Below, piece by piece: positions 60,630 through 64,000 of a DNA stretch of 64,000 nt. Source of the stretch: Eledone cirrhosa (lineage: Eukaryota); assembly GCA_964016885.1 (NCBI GenBank), contig OZ024744.1, positions 94,116,001 to 94,180,000 on the forward strand. The letters are read 5' to 3'. Positions within the stretch are counted from its first letter, which is position 1; each line of letters opens with the position of its first letter. The notes under the pieces were generated by a model. The model was not told the DNA's origin. It saw only the letters and a program-made list of their open reading frames with translations, and did no database searches. Position numbers and translations under genes: made by a program.

Positions 60630-62010
60630 CTACTATCACCCCCACAACCACTATCACCCCCACTACCACCACCACTACCACTATCACCCCCACTACCACT
60701 ATCACCCCCACTACCACTATCACCACCACTACCACTATCAGCACCACTACCACTACCACTATCACCACCACTGCCTCTATAACCACCACTACCACTACCA
60801 CTATCACCACCACTGCCACTACCACGACCACTATCACGACCACTACCACTATCACCACCACTGCCACTACCACTAACACGACCACTACCACTATAACCAC
60901 CACTACCACTACCACTACCACTATCACCACCACTGCCACTACCACTAACACGACCACTACCACTATCACCACCACTACCACCACCACTATCACCACCACT
61001 ATCACCACCACAACCATTATCACCACCACTGCCACTATCACCACCACTACCATTACCACTATCACCACCACTGCCACTATCACCACCACTGCCACTATCA
61101 CCACCACTACCACTATCATTACCACCACCACTGCCACTGTCACCACCACCACCACTATCACCACCACTGCCACTATCACCACCACTACCACTATCACCAC
61201 CACCACCACCACTACCACTATCACCACCACTAACACTACCACTATCACCGCCACTGCCATTACCACTATCACCCCCACTGCCACTATCACCGCCACTGCC
61301 ACTATCACTACCACTACCATTACCACTATCACCCCCACTGCCACTATCACTACCACTATCACCACCACTACCATTACCACTATCACCCCCCACTGCCACT
61401 ATCACCGCCACTGCCACTATCACTACCACTACCATTACCACTATCACCCCCACTGCCACTATCACTACCACTATCACCACCACTACCATTACCACTATCA
61501 CCGCCACTGCCACTATCACTACCACTATCACCACCACTACCATTACCACTATCACCCCCACTGCCACTATCACCACCACTACCACTATCACTACCACCAC
61601 CACTGCCACTATCACCACCACTACCACTATCACCACCACTACAATTACCACTATCACCCCCACTACCACTATCACCACCACTACCACTATCATTACCACT
61701 ACCACTATCACCACCACTACCACTATCACTACCACCACCACTGCCACTATCACCACCACCACCACTATCACCCCCACTACCACTATCACCACCACTGCCA
61801 CCACCACCACAACCACTATCACTACCACTGCCACTAACACTATCACTACCACTACCACCACCACTATCACTATCACCACCACCACCACTATCACCCCCGC
61901 TACCACTATCACCACCACTGCCACTATCACCCTCACTGTCACCTCCACTATCACTACCACCCTCACTAGCTCTACCACCACCACTGACACTATCACCCCC
62001 ACTACCACCA
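60630..62010. repeat. Degenerate (ACC/ACT/ATC) trinucleotide-based minisatellite with ~18-bp higher order
   Basis: accactatcaccaccact variants over 1.4 kb. Confidence 0.93.
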
Positions 62011-62479
62011 AACTTAAAACTTCTTACATAACATCAAAATTATGATGGATTGTTTTTACATAAATATAAACATTTTAAGATAAATAATTATTTTTATATT
62101 GTGCGACTTCAGGCAGCTTGGTGTCAAAAATGTTAAATTACATAAAATCAAAATTTTGATGGAATTTTTTAAAGATAAACATAAACATTTCAAAATAAAT
62201 AATTCTTTTTGTATTGAGGGACATCAGGCAGCTTGGTATCAAAAGTATTAAATTTTGCTAAACACAACATAATCTACAGCTTTAGATATCATGAGTGGAA
62301 ACATATTAACTGTCTCTCTAAACAACTATGACAGTTGCCATGAAATGGAACTAACTACCTCATCTGGAGCTTTATAACCCAAAATCTGACCATACACAGT
62401 GAGAAGTGGACCATGCAACTTGTGCATGGAGGAAGCATCAAAGAAAAACCAAGCACTGAATATTCAAAACATACCTTAC

Positions 62480-62820
62480 TCTGTAAAGTTATGTTGGTAC
62501 CACAAAACATCAAGCCCACAACTATAAAGTGGTCATGTAGGTGTCATAACAAAAAGCACCTAGCCCACACTGTAAAGTGGTCATGTAGGTGTCACAACAA
62601 AAAGCACCTAGCCCACACTGTAAGGAGACACAGTAAAAAGGCTCCCAGTCCACACAGTAAATGTGGTTTGTGTTAGGAAGGACATCCAGTCATAGAAAAC
62701 CAGCCAGAAACAGTCCTATACGAGCGAGACACCATCACCCAACCCAGCTTACCTCAAATGGGACAAACCTGTTTAACCCATGCTAGCATAGAAGATAGAC
62801 GTTAAACGATGATGATGATA
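62480..62820 (+). mobile_element. RTE 3' UTR fragment
   Basis: aaagttatgttgg...ttaggaaggacatccag...gacgttaaacgatgatgat. Confidence 0.8.
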
Positions 62821-63126
62821 CTTCAATTTTAGATCTATACATGACATTGGGAGCTAAGAGTCGAGGGCAGCCAATTAATAACTAAGCAGCTAGAACAAAA
62901 CAGCTGAGACCTGAATTTTTCATATTCTTTTCATATGTAAGAGGACGGCTATTGTGGTTGGTTGTCACTGGTCATTGTCTGCCGCAATGCCTTTGCCATT
63001 TTGACCACGAGGCAACGCAGATGAAACACCGCTCTGACTCAGATGTAGAGTCTGTCACCTTCTCCCCTTCACCCCCCTTCTTTCTTTGATTATTAATCCT
63101 TGCCCTTTCCTTCCTTTTCCTCTCAT

Positions 63127-63484
63127 TAACTCTTTAGCATTTAAACCGGCCATATCTGGGCCAGAATTCTCTCACATCTTTCTTTTCAAATGTAACCGGC
63201 CATTGAAACTGATATTAAGGTATTGTTCTCAAAATAAATAACATCAAAATCTCATAGATTTGATATTATGTGAGATAAAGTGTTTACCACAAAAATACAA
63301 TAGTTAATATAGAATAATTGTTTCTACTTTTGGCACAAGGCCAGCAATTAACCAGTGTATTATTGGTACTTTATTTTATCGACCCCATAAGGATGAAAGG
63401 CAAAGTTAACCTCGGCGGGATTTGAACTCAGAATGGCAAGGGCCGTAACTCTATGCAGCAAAAATGTAAATGCTAAAGGGTTAA
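63127..63484. mobile_element. TTAA MITE with a SINE inserted at 63315-63461 (-)
   Basis: ttaactctttagcattta...taaatgctaaagggttaa; truncated SINE after atagaataat. Confidence 0.82.
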
Positions 63485-64000
63485 TAGTATTTTGCAAATC
63501 TACTTTCTTTTTCTTTATGTTTGACTAAACTCACCAACTATATCTTTGGTTCCATGAACAAACTAGCAATTGCCCACATAAAATATTGTCCCAGGATTCT
63601 GCCTGGAGATGATATTGTTATTGCTGTTGATGTTCTTGTAGTTGTTATAGGTAATACCTGCTGTTGTTATTAAGGTTGTAGTTGCTGTTATTATTATTGA
63701 TATTGACATTCTAGAGTGGTAGTGCAAGTAACATGAAAAAAAAAATACACCCAATACACCCTGTAATGTGTTGGTTGTCATAATAAAATGCACCTCAGTA
63801 CATCATGTAAAATGTTGGTGTCACAATAAAATACACCCAGCACTCGTTGTAAAGTGTTTGTGTAAGCCATGAAAAAAATGCACACAGTTCACTCTGTAAA
63901 GTGGGGTAGTGCTTGTGTCATGATAAACACACCAGGTACACCGTGGAAGGTGGTTGGTAATTAGGAAAGGGTACCCAGCCATAAAACCCATGCCAAATAT

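Noticed and set aside
60568-62011. Long poly-Val and Gly/Ser/Asp ORFs
   Set aside because: Frames of a stop-poor trinucleotide-based minisatellite with no splice or domain evidence

Overview
AT-rich, (TA)n-laden animal genomic DNA. The SINE and LINE repertoire suggests a cephalopod, probably an octopus (inference). Almost all of the window is transposon-derived. The only host coding sequence I can support is two minus-strand exons (9596-9698 and 7569-7742) of GCN2/EIF2AK4 (RWD domain), so most of the window is probably intron or flank of that gene. Mobile elements: many RTE-clade LINE copies with a PHD-type finger inside the RT; one intact full-length Tx1/L1-clade element (14473-20120) sitting in a TTAA MITE; three Naiad-type Penelope-like elements plus solo pseudo-LTRs; two DD37D maT transposons; Helitron and CRE fragments; hAT, pogo and TTAA MITEs; and three tRNA-derived SINE types. 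The main result of the hunt is invisible in the ORF track. About 18 type I hammerhead ribozyme (HHR) motifs can be read directly from the sequence. They include a non-coding, highly structured ~424-nt HHR unit found as permuted head-to-tail or inverted copies at three loci (29393-30112, 33835-34658, 43523-44062), plus a diverged sister copy with compensatory changes (about 25740-26160). This looks like a retrozyme (circular RNA) family mobilised by Penelope-like elements. All calls were made by eye; no searches or folding programs were run, and boundaries of degenerate repeats are approximate.
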